Assembly (NCBI GenBank): GCA_964422035.1
Contig: CAYQZQ010000001.1
Span: forward strand, 441,013 to 505,012
Origin: an uncultured Pseudomonadales bacterium
GTDB lineage: Bacteria; Patescibacteriota; Microgenomatia; UBA1400; Chazhemtobacteraceae
Direction of reading: 5' to 3'
DNA: 64,000 bases
Positions 1 through 9,462 of the stretch are shown piece by piece. The position numbers were made by a program, and so were the translations under genes. Each line of letters starts with the position of its first letter. The first letter of the stretch is position 1. Under the pieces are notes generated by a model. It saw only the letters and a program-made list of their open reading frames with translations, searched no databases and had not been told where the DNA came from.

Positions 1-120
1 CTTTTTTTTCAGAACTTTTCATAGCTGGGATTATAGCAAAATGGCTAGCGAAGAAGGAGATATAAAAGCTTATACTACATGTTTGAGAAGCTTTTAAAAC
101 TCTTCTTTATGTTTTTTGTA

Positions 121-550
121 TCAATTAATAGTGTTTTTGAGCCCTGTATCAAAACCTGTTTTTACTACAAATTTAAATTCTTTTTTAGCTTTCGATACAT
201 CTAATTTTCTTTGGGGTTGTCCATCAGGCTTGAATCTTTCCCAAGTTAAATTTTTTCCAAAGCCAGTTAATTTTTTGATTTTTTTCAACCAAGTTTTTAA
301 TGGAGATTTTAAAGTTTGATCCAAGCTTAACTGGTTTAGATTTATTGTATTTTTCGGTTGCAAGAATTATGCCTCTTATCGCATCCTCAACATACAAAAA
401 CTCTATGGTTGGCTTACCGGTTCCCCAAACTACCATCTCATCTTTTCCTTCTTGTTTTGCATCGATGAATTTTTTGATAAGGGCAGGATAACGTGGGATG
501 ATTTAGGATCGAAGTTGTCCCCTGGACCATAAATATTTACGGGTAAAAGA
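121..550 (-). pseudogene. fcl: GDP-L-fucose synthase C-terminal remnant, 5'-truncated with two frameshifts
   Basis: Fragments in changing frames read LLPVNIYGPGDNFDPKSSHVI / PALIKKF...VVWGTGKPTIEFLYVED...KPDGQPQRKLDVSKAK, which are Fcl/WcaG C-terminal motifs. The N-terminal half is absent. Confidence 0.8.
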
Positions 551-570
551 GAAGAAAAGAAATAAAGTCT

Positions 571-963
571 CTATATTTTTATGAGAATAAAATAACTGGC
601 CAGAGAAACTGAAGCCCCCAAGACCGTTCCCCAAATCATGTCCACAATTGTGACTACCAGCGGCCAATCTTTGATGGTAGCTAGATTTGTTAAATCATAA
701 GTCGCATAAGAAATGAGCCCCAGCAAAGCTCCTAGAAAAAGAGCTTGAGCCCAAGAGTTTTTCTCCAATGCCGGTAGAACTGAGAAGACTACTAAACCAA
801 CTACAAATAGTAAGTAAAATAAACCAGCTGCTGTGAAATTAACATTTGTTTTCATCAAGTAACCTAAGTACTGGGCATAGAAATTTTTGGCGATTAGGGT
901 AAGCCAAATAAAGTCGATTGCTAAAAAAACTGGCAAGGTGATTAAATAAGTTTTTAAAAACAT
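571..963 (-). CDS. DUF2177 family membrane protein
   Basis: Four hydrophobic segments and the YATYDLTNLATIKDWP...DMIWG motif. Confidence 0.8.
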   Translation of the reverse strand: MFLKTYLITLPVFLAIDFIWLTLIAKNFYAQYLGYLMKTNVNFTAAGLFYLLFVVGLVVFSVLPALEKNSWAQALFLGALLGLISYATYDLTNLATIKDWPLVVTIVDMIWGTVLGASVSLASYFILIKI

Positions 964-964
964 A

Positions 965-1360
965 TTAGCGATTTAAACAAGTAATTGTTAACTGCAAAAT
1001 AGTCGCAAAACTAACCCACAACAAATATGGAATTTGAATATACGTAATCCATTTTGCATGAGGATAAATTGCAAGCATCGCCCAAATAAGTGTCCCTAAG
1101 ACAAAAATAATATCAATTGCAGCCAGGAAATTGTTTCTTAACCCAAATTGCAAAGGAGTAAAAGCAAAGTTAAAAATAAGATTAAGGATAAAAGGAAGAG
1201 CAATGATAAAGGCAATTCGTTTTTGTAAAGTTAATTGAAATACTTTAAAAAAAGAGACAGCAATAAAAACATATAGAAAAGTCCATACTGGGCCAAAAAG
1301 CCAAGATGGTGGAGACCATGATGGTCTAATTAATTGTTGGTACCATCCACTACTTTGCAT
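965..1360 (-). CDS. tspO: TspO/MBR tryptophan-rich sensory protein
   Basis: WYQQLIRPSWSPPSWLFGPVWT and PYLLWVSFA signatures. Confidence 0.9.
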   Translation of the reverse strand: MQSSGWYQQLIRPSWSPPSWLFGPVWTFLYVFIAVSFFKVFQLTLQKRIAFIIALPFILNLIFNFAFTPLQFGLRNNFLAAIDIIFVLGTLIWAMLAIYPHAKWITYIQIPYLLWVSFATILQLTITCLNR

Positions 1361-1521
1361 AGGTTATGTTTATTGTAACAAATGGGGAAATACCACGACT
1401 ACTGAATCTTCTTTGGTGAGGCCTACTGTCCCAAATCTCGAACACCTTTTTAACAACATCTTTCAAGTTTACAAGCAACTGAAAAAACTTAGTTTTAACC
1501 AATGCAAGTATTAATTGTTTT

Positions 1522-2190
1522 TTATTCGCGTATAGCAGAAGTACTCAAATGGCTCACTAACATGTGTATTACGTCTTCTTTGCCTTCTTTATAGTAAAAG
1601 AATGGTGTTCTAAAAGAAGCCATTTTGTTTCCACTGTCATCAACTACAACTACTAAATCATGTTGGGAATAATCAAAATCTTTCCATAAGACTAGCTCCA
1701 AGTCGCTGGTTTTATTAGCTGTCCCTACGTCTTTGGCTGAGATAAATTTAAAATTAGGATACTTTTTAGAAGCTGTTTCTACAGGTAAATTAGTAGTAAT
1801 AACTTGTGAAGTTAAGTCATTGGATGTCACTATTTGATAGTGGCTGGCAGCTAAAGTAGTGGCTGTTGAATCTGCTTGAAGTTTTTGAGTACTATTCTGA
1901 ATTTCCTGTGGACGAGCTTTGCGGCCAATAATGGCTGTATCTACTTTATTAAGTCTCAACAACTGCAATGCTTCTTGAGCAGATCCTACTAAGTTAAATT
2001 TAACCTCTTTTGTTGAATTTAACTTATCCACTATTGGCTGCATAGTGGGACAGTAGGCAACTTGAACTTGTGATTCGGCTGCAGTTTGATGAACAGTTGT
2101 TGGAGGCTGAACTGGTTTCTGACTAATAATTGTTGCAGACAAGCCAACAACGACTAGAACTATTAAGATGACGGTTAATCTGCTTTTCAT
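1522..2190 (-). CDS. Membrane-anchored exported protein with a YCPTM motif, possibly a solute-binding-like fold
   Basis: N-terminal TM/signal segment; last gene of the 5904->1522 operon; function not recognised. Confidence 0.6.
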   Translation of the reverse strand: MKSRLTVILIVLVVVGLSATIISQKPVQPPTTVHQTAAESQVQVAYCPTMQPIVDKLNSTKEVKFNLVGSAQEALQLLRLNKVDTAIIGRKARPQEIQNSTQKLQADSTATTLAASHYQIVTSNDLTSQVITTNLPVETASKKYPNFKFISAKDVGTANKTSDLELVLWKDFDYSQHDLVVVVDDSGNKMASFRTPFFYYKEGKEDVIHMLVSHLSTSAIRE

Positions 2191-2196
2191 ACAAAA

Positions 2197-2469
2197 TTAG
2201 TCTATCATGGAACCCAATAAACAGCTTTGTAAATCTTTGGGGCTGAAGCCAATTAGCTTGATTTTATGCTCATTAACAAAAGATGAGAGCTCTTTTGCTA
2301 GAGACCGAAGATCCTTGTTTTGTAAAAAGTTTTCAATATCTGTAATTGCAGTTTCTGGATGAATGAAAAAATCACCAGTAATTTGAATCGATTCAATGAC
2401 GTAATTGTCCAGTTCTACCTTGAGTCGTAGCATTTTGCCACCTGGAACTTTATAGTTAATTTTTTGCAT
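2197..2469 (-). CDS. Lipoate-protein ligase accessory (C-terminal, LplB-like) subunit, copy 1
   Basis: KVPGGKMLR...IQITGDFFIHPE motif; start reassigned to ATG 2469 just after the upstream stop. Confidence 0.85.
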   Translation of the reverse strand: MQKINYKVPGGKMLRLKVELDNYVIESIQITGDFFIHPETAITDIENFLQNKDLRSLAKELSSFVNEHKIKLIGFSPKDLQSCLLGSMID

Positions 2470-2471
2470 AA

Positions 2472-3239
2472 TTACCTCCAGTAAGTCCACTCTTGAGTTG
2501 TATATTTTTCATTTTTAAGTTTTTTGGCCATCTTTTTCTCATTTGCGCTAGCAGTCTCTGATTTTAAATTAGCCTTAAAAGTAGTGCAAAAACCAGCTTG
2601 AATCGCTTGTTGTAAATTCGAGAAAGTGATATCAGGTAAATGGGTTTGAATGGTGCCGACTCGATCTTCGATTTTTTTTATATTTTTATCAGAAATTTTT
2701 TCAATGGGAATCTTCAGATACTTGACCATTTTATTTACATCAAAATCCAGCAACAGAGTTCCGTGCTGGAGTACGGTTCTGTTTTTCCTGGTTTGAGCAT
2801 TACCTGAAATCTTTTTTCCTTTAAGAGTAATGTCATTGATGCCAGATATGATTGCGTTTAAACCAAGCTGTTGTAAGCCTTCTATAATGCCTTGCTGGAT
2901 GACATGATAAGAATCTTGAATATCAGCCGGGATCATGGGGTGAGATTCTTTGATAATCAAGCTGTAGTTTAACTCCCCTTTGGGATCCTTATAAACAGCG
3001 CCTCCTCCGGTCATGCGCCGGAAAATAGCTACTTTATCCTGTTGGCAGTTATCAAGGTTCACTTCCTGGGCAATAGCTTGGAAATAACCGATTGACACAG
3101 CTGGCTGGTTCCAGCGATAAAAGCGCAACGTGGGTGGAGCTTGGTCTTGGCTGACTGCCCCTAAAACTGCTTCATCCACTGCCATGTGATGGTAGTAATC
3201 ACTGACCTCGTCAGTTGGCAGTAGTCGCCAAGATTTCAT
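2472..3239 (-). CDS. lplA: Lipoate-protein ligase catalytic subunit, copy 1
   Basis: MAVDEA, RRMTGGGAVY, NDI...KKISGNAQ, QHGTLL motifs; no C-terminal domain. Confidence 0.9.
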   Translation of the reverse strand: MKSWRLLPTDEVSDYYHHMAVDEAVLGAVSQDQAPPTLRFYRWNQPAVSIGYFQAIAQEVNLDNCQQDKVAIFRRMTGGGAVYKDPKGELNYSLIIKESHPMIPADIQDSYHVIQQGIIEGLQQLGLNAIISGINDITLKGKKISGNAQTRKNRTVLQHGTLLLDFDVNKMVKYLKIPIEKISDKNIKKIEDRVGTIQTHLPDITFSNLQQAIQAGFCTTFKANLKSETASANEKKMAKKLKNEKYTTQEWTYWR

Positions 3240-3241
3240 GC

Positions 3242-4009
3242 TTAAGACTTTTTAACTTCCCTGACTAATAAGTCGGTTAGTGGATGGTCGGGATTAAGAT
3301 CAGACACAGGCATTTGTGTAATAGCCGGTGGATATTTTAGTTCCATTTCTTCTAGTCTAGTGAGTGACTTTTCCAGATCTGGGGGGTTAAAGCCCAACCA
3401 TAACTCATCATCTTGCGAGTTGGCAATACTGCGAGCACCTCCACAAGGGATGGTCATCCAGGGCGATTCGCCTTTAATCACAGCTGCCACAATTTCGCAG
3501 GCTGCATGGCCGTTGAAACTAGATTTAGGCTTATTGCCAGTAGCGTCAAAATAGCCCATTAAGGCTAGGTAACTTTGACAGGAATTAACTAGCAAAATTA
3601 TGGCTTCTGGTTCAAGATCTAGTCGATCAAACTCTTTAAGCGGAGCAAAAACAGCTGCTTCATACTCATTTTGAGGTAAAGCTTCGATTTGTTTTGACAA
3701 TTGCTCAAACCTTTTGGGAGTATAAGCAAAGCCTTTCACCCAGCGATCTTTTAAATCTTCCGGAGGCATAGCAAAACCCATCACATAAGTCCCAACCGTG
3801 CAGGCGTCAATGTTCTCGGTATAGACACCTCTAGTTTTTTCATAAACCGCTACTGTTTTTAATAACTGACACAAAGCACGATTGTTAGCTAAAGGCATGA
3901 TTTCTTTTTCTTTTATCATGTCTTTTGATTTAAGCAGCTTGATTCCGATCGGAGCTCCTTGTGGGCTAAGTAGTTTTTTTGATTTTTCTTGCAGTTGAGT
4001 CAAGTTCAT
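3242..4009 (-). CDS. DUF169 family protein
   Basis: PIGIKL N-terminus and Cys pattern LCQ / ACTVG / HAAC / IPCGGAR...DDEL. Confidence 0.75.
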   Translation of the reverse strand: MNLTQLQEKSKKLLSPQGAPIGIKLLKSKDMIKEKEIMPLANNRALCQLLKTVAVYEKTRGVYTENIDACTVGTYVMGFAMPPEDLKDRWVKGFAYTPKRFEQLSKQIEALPQNEYEAAVFAPLKEFDRLDLEPEAIILLVNSCQSYLALMGYFDATGNKPKSSFNGHAACEIVAAVIKGESPWMTIPCGGARSIANSQDDELWLGFNPPDLEKSLTRLEEMELKYPPAITQMPVSDLNPDHPLTDLLVREVKKS

Positions 4010-4032
4010 TTTTTTCCTTGTTAATTTTTAAT

Positions 4033-4419
4033 CTAGGCTTGTTTGCTTTTATCTTGACTCTTTAACAGCTCTTCTTTTTCATTGGGTGCGGTCAGCTCTA
4101 GCTTAGCGATCCAGCCCTTGCCATAGGGATCCTGATTAATTAGTGAAGGCTGATCAAACACTTTTTGATTAACCTCGATTACTTTACCCGAAAGCGGGCT
4201 GGCTAAATGTCCGCTCCATTTGAGTGCTTCTAATGATACATAATTATCTCCCTTTTTTAGTGACTGCCCCTCTTTAGGTAATTTCACAAAAACAAACTCT
4301 TTGACTTTGTCAGCGGCTGGTTTGATTACACCCAAGGTGGCTGTTTTTCCTTGAATATCGACCCAGGTATAATTTGAGTCGTAAAGGAATTTTTCTGGTA
4401 AATTTTCGTTGTTGGTCAT
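4033..4419 (-). CDS. Glycine cleavage H-like lipoyl carrier (LbpA-like)
   Basis: LEALKWSGHLASPLSGKVIEVN...INQDPYGKGW; the lipoyl Lys is followed by Trp. Confidence 0.85.
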   Translation of the reverse strand: MTNNENLPEKFLYDSNYTWVDIQGKTATLGVIKPAADKVKEFVFVKLPKEGQSLKKGDNYVSLEALKWSGHLASPLSGKVIEVNQKVFDQPSLINQDPYGKGWIAKLELTAPNEKEELLKSQDKSKQA

Positions 4420-4437
4420 AAGTTGTTTTCAGTAAAT

Positions 4438-5904
4438 TTAATTGTTAATTTGATTTTTTTCTTCTGATTCTTCTTGTTCGACAGTTAGATCTTGGGCTTC
4501 ATTGCCAATCTGAATACCAAATACGGGCAAAATTTTCTTGTGGATAAGGTAAACGACCCCAGTAATGCCAAAAGCTATGCCAAAAACCTTAAACATGCCA
4601 ACTACTTCATTCATTAGTTCTGGTTTTGCTAGCCAAAAATAAGCTAAGGTCAACATAATAATTCCGCCCAGTAGTTTTAAGACACGGCCTTGTTCTTCTT
4701 CAAATTTGCTGGCTTTTAAAGTTAAAAGAATCGTGCCGAAGACAAAGGCTTCGTCCAAAAAGTAAATTAACATATAGAGGGCAAAAAGGGTGGCAAATAA
4801 AACCAAACTAACATTGTTTTCAGACAAAATTGTGGTCCAGATAACTGGAAAGCCGGCAGTGCAAATTAATTCGATAAAAGTGACACCAAAAGCTAAGACA
4901 ATAGTACCAGAAATAAGACCCAGCATTGACTTTTTTTTCATTAACTGGCGAGTATTTTTAAAGATTCCAGGCTTAAAGCGATCAGGAATAGTAAAAGAGA
5001 TACCTTTTTTATACCAAAAGTAGTCTTTAATATTTACTAATCCAAAAATCAAGGCGACTGCAGCCACGGAAAGCTTAATCCATTTCATGTAGCCGATGAT
5101 AGCTAGAGCGTTAAATAAACCTAAAATAAATAGTCCATATACAAGGGTGGCGATTGTAATGAAGGTTAGACCCACAGCAAAAACTTTTTTTCTTGAGCCG
5201 GTATGCAGAACAATACCCAGTAAAAAAGTAATTACCCACAAAGAACAGGGGTTAAACCCATCAACAAAAGCTATCAAGCTGGTCATAACAATTAACGGCA
5301 TATGATCCAAATTTATCTCTCCTAACAGGGGCAATTTGATTGTATGTGCATTTTGAGTGCTTGAGTCGTTTGTTTCTTGCCCCAAAGAGGTGAAGGGAGC
5401 TTCACTTTTTATATCATTGGCTGTATCAGCGGGCTCACTGGTAATTGTCGGAGCTGTGGTTGGTTCACTACTAGCTTCTTCTTCAACTGATTGATTCTCA
5501 TCTGTAGCTACAATACCGGCTTTGACACCCGGATCAATACAGCCTTCTTGCAGACACGATACAATTTTGTTTTCCATATCATCAGCCATGTACTCAGCAA
5601 AACCAACTATTGGCTCGTAGTCGCCAATAAAGGTAGTAGGAACTCCTCTGGCTTGAATGCCGTAAGCCTCAGCCACCTGTTCAAAGACAGCCATGTTTCC
5701 CTGGTTTTGCCAAGTTTCATAGCTTTTAACCTCTAATTGAGAATACTTTTGTTCCATTTCCTCTAGAAAAGGCTTTTCAACTACGCAGTGAGGACAGCCC
5801 TCTCCCCAGAAAAAGTAGACCGTAGTTTTTTCTGCAGCTAAAGCTGGTTGGGCTAAGAATAATAGACAAATAAAGGTAATGACTGCTAGAAAAACTTTCT
5901 TCAT
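4438..5904 (-). CDS. Thioredoxin/glutaredoxin domain fused to a CcdA/DsbD-like transmembrane domain
   Basis: Signal peptide, GCPHC, then DGFNPCSLW and ELICTAGFP transmembrane Cys pair; start ATG 5904 follows a -10 box. Confidence 0.85.
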   Translation of the reverse strand: MKKVFLAVITFICLLFLAQPALAAEKTTVYFFWGEGCPHCVVEKPFLEEMEQKYSQLEVKSYETWQNQGNMAVFEQVAEAYGIQARGVPTTFIGDYEPIVGFAEYMADDMENKIVSCLQEGCIDPGVKAGIVATDENQSVEEEASSEPTTAPTITSEPADTANDIKSEAPFTSLGQETNDSSTQNAHTIKLPLLGEINLDHMPLIVMTSLIAFVDGFNPCSLWVITFLLGIVLHTGSRKKVFAVGLTFITIATLVYGLFILGLFNALAIIGYMKWIKLSVAAVALIFGLVNIKDYFWYKKGISFTIPDRFKPGIFKNTRQLMKKKSMLGLISGTIVLAFGVTFIELICTAGFPVIWTTILSENNVSLVLFATLFALYMLIYFLDEAFVFGTILLTLKASKFEEEQGRVLKLLGGIIMLTLAYFWLAKPELMNEVVGMFKVFGIAFGITGVVYLIHKKILPVFGIQIGNEAQDLTVEQEESEEKNQINN

Positions 5905-5910
5905 ATGTTC

Positions 5911-5965
5911 ACTATAACTGATCAATGTTATGGAAGTATTTTACCAATATTAAGGGAATGTTAAG
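5911..5965 (-). promoter_or_regulatory. Promoter with tandem TTAAG-N6-TTAAG repeat (putative response-regulator box), copy 1
   Basis: 5921-5965 matches 13341-13385 at 38/45 nt; -10 TATAGT at 5911-5916 in the same register as copy 2. Confidence 0.7.
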
Positions 5966-6003
5966 ATTTGACAAATAAGTTTATATATGTAACGATGTTA
6001 TGT

Positions 6004-6392
6004 ATGAAAGACAAAATAAGTTGTGAGCCCAAAGGCAGATATCCGGAAAAACGCTGGGTCCAGTTTTTAATTTTAAGAGTTCTTTATGAAAAACCCTCTT
6101 ACGGATACAAAATCGTTGAATCAATTGAAAAGTTAACTGAGGGCAGACATCAAATTAAGCTTGGTTCTATCTATACCTTACCTTATTGCGTCGCATGGAG
6201 AAGCGTGAGCTGTTAACCTCTCAGTGGAAAGAAAGTAAAAAGAATCCGGACAAGAAAATCTACCAAGTTACGAAAAAGGGAGAAGATCTTTTAAAGCAGT
6301 GGTTGGAGGTTGTGATTGAAAGAAGAAAAATGATGACCAAAATGGTCGAATTTTATAAAAAACATTTTAAGGAGGAAGCCAATGAAAATTGA
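6004..6392 (+). pseudogene. PadR family regulator, frameshifted
   Basis: LILRVLYEKPSYGYKI...GSIYTL / LRRMEK...KKIYQVTKKG split by a 5-bp duplication CCTTA-CCTTA at 6176-6185. Confidence 0.85.
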
Positions 6393-6687
6393 CAACATCT
6401 TATCTTTGCAAAATTTTTCTAAAAAAGGACCGGTTAAAACCGATATTATAAAATCTAACAAGTTTAACGTGGTGACGGTTTGTCTTGAGGAGAACCAAGC
6501 AATACCGCCCCATCCCGAGCCTTATGCAGTTTTCTTTTTGGTACTGAAAGGCAAGGGTGTATTTACTAAAGGCAAGGAAAATTTTGAACTTGAACAAGGC
6601 TCAGAACTTTTTGTTGAAAATAACGAACTAAGAGGGATTAAAGCTTTAGAAAAGTTGATTATTTTAGGGATTCAAGATGGACATTAA
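6382..6687 (+). CDS. Cupin domain protein
   Basis: QAIPPHPEPYAVFFLVLKGKG cupin motif. Confidence 0.8.
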   Translation: MKIDNILSLQNFSKKGPVKTDIIKSNKFNVVTVCLEENQAIPPHPEPYAVFFLVLKGKGVFTKGKENFELEQGSELFVENNELRGIKALEKLIILGIQDGH

Positions 6688-7624
6688 TCAACAAAACACA
6701 AAAGCGATCGAGGTAATTGAGCTTAGTAAAAAATTTAGACAACTAACAGCTGTTGACGATATTTCTTTTGAGGTCAAAAAGGGAGAGGTCTTTGGATTTT
6801 TGGGCCCTAATGGCGCCGGTAAGACAACCACTGTAAGAGTGTTAACCGGATTGACTAAGCCAACCGAAGGTCAGGCAAAAATTTTTGATCATGATATTGA
6901 AAAAACAGATATCGAAGCTAAAAAATTAATTGGTATGGTGCCTGAAACATCTAATGTATACGATGAATTATCGGCTTGGGAGAATCTGATTTTTACGGCC
7001 GATCTTTATCAGCTGAAAAAAAGTCAAGCTGAGAAAAGAGCCCAAGATTTACTCAAAACCTTTGAGCTTGTTAAGCGCCAAGATGACAAAGTTAAGGGTT
7101 TTTCCAAGGGCATGAAAAGAAGGCTAACTCTGGCCATGGGTTTGATCAATAGTCCGCAATTATTGTTTTTAGATGAGCCAACTTCGGGCTTGGATGTGGA
7201 GAGTTCGCTTATTATCAAGGAGATGATTAAAAATTTAAGCCAACAACAGATCACTATTTTTCTCACAACCCATGACATTAAAGAAGCCAGTAGAAGTTGT
7301 GATCGGGTGGCTATTATTAATCATGGCAAAATTGCTGCGATTGATACCCCGGAGAAATTAAAAACAACCATTGAGAGTGTCCAGTCGATTGAAGTAGTTT
7401 TTAATCAGACGGTCTCTTTGACTAAAATAAGTTCTTTGAAAAAACATGATTTTATCAATCAAGTTCAAAAAAAGGCAGACAAGTATAAATTATTTACTGA
7501 TAAGCCAGAAAGAGCTTTAAAAAAGCTGTGGGATTTTAGTTTAACAAACAAGTTAAAAATCACCAGTCTAAACACTCTCGGTCCTGATTTAGAAGAAGTT
7601 TTTATCAAATTAACCAAAAAATGA
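6677..7624 (+). CDS. ABC transporter ATP-binding protein (DrrA-like)
   Basis: GPNGAGKTT, FSKGMKRR, LDEPT, TTH. Confidence 0.95.
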   Translation: MDINQQNTKAIEVIELSKKFRQLTAVDDISFEVKKGEVFGFLGPNGAGKTTTVRVLTGLTKPTEGQAKIFDHDIEKTDIEAKKLIGMVPETSNVYDELSAWENLIFTADLYQLKKSQAEKRAQDLLKTFELVKRQDDKVKGFSKGMKRRLTLAMGLINSPQLLFLDEPTSGLDVESSLIIKEMIKNLSQQQITIFLTTHDIKEASRSCDRVAIINHGKIAAIDTPEKLKTTIESVQSIEVVFNQTVSLTKISSLKKHDFINQVQKKADKYKLFTDKPERALKKLWDFSLTNKLKITSLNTLGPDLEEVFIKLTKK

Positions 7625-8367
7625 TGAATAAGAATCTCACCAACAACCTGAGAGCGGCTTGGTCAATTACCAAAAAGGATATCATGATTTACTATTTGAA
7701 ACCTGGAACCTTGATGTTTGGTGTTATGTTTCCTTTGTTTATGTTTCTTTCTTTTGCTGTTGGCAGAAATGTGCCGACCTCATCTTTAATTCCAGGTTTA
7801 ATTTCTCTGACAGTCTTATTTTCGGCTTCATCGATTGGACCAGTGGCGATTCCAGTAGAAAGAAGGGTTAAAACTTTTGAAAGGCTGATCGCTGCTCCGA
7901 TATCTTTTTATGCTGTTATTTTGGGAAAAGCTTTAGGGGGAGTTCTGTTTAGCGTAGCTATTAGCTTAATCGCTTTATTGGCAGCTTGGTTGTTTCTGGG
8001 AGTAATTTTGTTTAGTCCAGCCACCTTACTCTTTGCCTTAATTTTTGCTTCATTATGCTTTTCTTTGCTGGGAATCATGTTTGCTATGTTTCCTACGGAA
8101 AATCCAGGAAACATTATGATCATGCTTAATTTTATCCGTATGCCGCTAATGTTTATTAGTGGAATTTTTATCCCAATCAAAACGCTGCCTTTATGGGCAC
8201 AAACAATCTCTTACTTTTCACCTCTAACTTATGCTAATGATTTGTTTGGTTTTGGAATTGAAGGCAAAATTAATTTAGGTTTGTTTACCAACCTGATGGC
8301 TCTACTGCTTTTTGCCGGCGTTTTTCTTTTTGTTGGTCTTCGATTGGACAAGAAATTTAGGGAATAG
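7621..8367 (+). CDS. ABC-2 type transporter permease
   Basis: Six TM segments, ERRVKTFERLIAAP, FISGIFIP...SPLTY. Confidence 0.9.
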   Translation: MMNKNLTNNLRAAWSITKKDIMIYYLKPGTLMFGVMFPLFMFLSFAVGRNVPTSSLIPGLISLTVLFSASSIGPVAIPVERRVKTFERLIAAPISFYAVILGKALGGVLFSVAISLIALLAAWLFLGVILFSPATLLFALIFASLCFSLLGIMFAMFPTENPGNIMIMLNFIRMPLMFISGIFIPIKTLPLWAQTISYFSPLTYANDLFGFGIEGKINLGLFTNLMALLLFAGVFLFVGLRLDKKFRE

Positions 8368-8431
8368 TCTTTAGTCAAACATTAAAAGACAAAAAGATTA
8401 GTCAAGACACATCAAGTCATCAAGATTTACC

Positions 8432-8692
8432 TTAAATAAGTGCATTTTCTATATCAATTGGGGTAAAACCAATCAAGGTTATGTTTTTTTTATCAACAAA
8501 CTTAGTTAAGTTTTTAGCTACTTGATTGATTTTCTTGCCAATTAAAAACTGCTCTATGTCTAAAATTGACTCTTCCGGGTGTATAAAAAAATCACCGAAA
8601 ATTTTAATGTTCACGATAGTATCGTCATTAGAGTCATATCTGATTCTAAGCATCTTCCCATTTGGAACTTTATAGACTATATTTTTTTTCAT
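8432..8692 (-). CDS. Lipoate-protein ligase accessory subunit, copy 2
   Basis: YKVPNGKMLR...IFGDFFIHPEE; start reassigned to ATG 8692. Confidence 0.85.
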   Translation of the reverse strand: MKKNIVYKVPNGKMLRIRYDSNDDTIVNIKIFGDFFIHPEESILDIEQFLIGKKINQVAKNLTKFVDKKNITLIGFTPIDIENALI

Positions 8693-8702
8693 AAAGCTAT
8701 TT

Positions 8703-9458
8703 CTAACGCCAATAATTCCATTTATCGCTTGTATATTTTTCTTTGTATAATTTTTCGGCATGCTTTAATTCTTCAAAAGTCAGTTCTTTAACTTCAGTTT
8801 TTATATTAAACTTTTTTTCAAAACCATAAATAAGCGCCTTTTCTATTTCTTTATTTGCAATGTTTTTTCCTAACTCGTTTTTTAACGAGGTTACTCGCTC
8901 TTTGGCCGTTTTTATCATTTTATCTTTAATTTTTTCGTCAGGGACATTTAGCACGGAAAACATTTTTTCAAGATCCAGATCCAAAAGTATCGTTCCGTGC
9001 TGTAAGACCACGCCTGACTGTCTGGTTTGGGCATTACCGGATATTTTTTTATTACCGACAATAATATCATTTATGGGTTTGAATTCCGCTTTTATGCCAA
9101 GAGAAAGTAGGGCTTCAACTATAGCACCGCAGATTTCTTTGTAAGATCCAACTATATCAGAAGAAACATCTTTTTCAGAAATGGTGAGAGAATAAGTTAG
9201 TTCATGTTCATGTAAAACTGCGCCTCCGCCAGTATACCTTCTAACTACGTCTATATTTTTAGACTGAGCCTTGATAAGATCTATTTCATCTTCCAGATTT
9301 TGAAAAAAACCAATTGTTACACAGGATGGTTGCCACTTAAAAAATCGCAGAGTGTTTGGAACTGTACCTTTTATGCGCGCTGTAAGAATGGCTTCATCAT
9401 TAGCCATCTGTTTTGCACCGCTGTCCGCAGTTGTTTTTATAAGTCTCCAGGTGTTCAT
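8703..9458 (-). CDS. lplA: Lipoate-protein ligase catalytic subunit, copy 2
   Basis: MANDEA, RRYTGGGAVLH, KKISGNAQ, QHGTIL; start ATG 9458. Confidence 0.9.
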   Translation of the reverse strand: MNTWRLIKTTADSGAKQMANDEAILTARIKGTVPNTLRFFKWQPSCVTIGFFQNLEDEIDLIKAQSKNIDVVRRYTGGGAVLHEHELTYSLTISEKDVSSDIVGSYKEICGAIVEALLSLGIKAEFKPINDIIVGNKKISGNAQTRQSGVVLQHGTILLDLDLEKMFSVLNVPDEKIKDKMIKTAKERVTSLKNELGKNIANKEIEKALIYGFEKKFNIKTEVKELTFEELKHAEKLYKEKYTSDKWNYWR

Positions 9459-9462
9459 ATTT

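Noticed and set aside
1414-1446. Minus-strand GTTCGAG...CTCACCA stretch resembling a tRNA 3' end or att site
   Set aside because: The spacing between the T-loop-like motif and CCA is too long and no T-stem pairs, so it is too weak to call.
6176-6185. Programmed ribosomal frameshift in padR
   Set aside because: There is no slippery heptamer or stimulatory structure; a simple 5-bp duplication explains the break.
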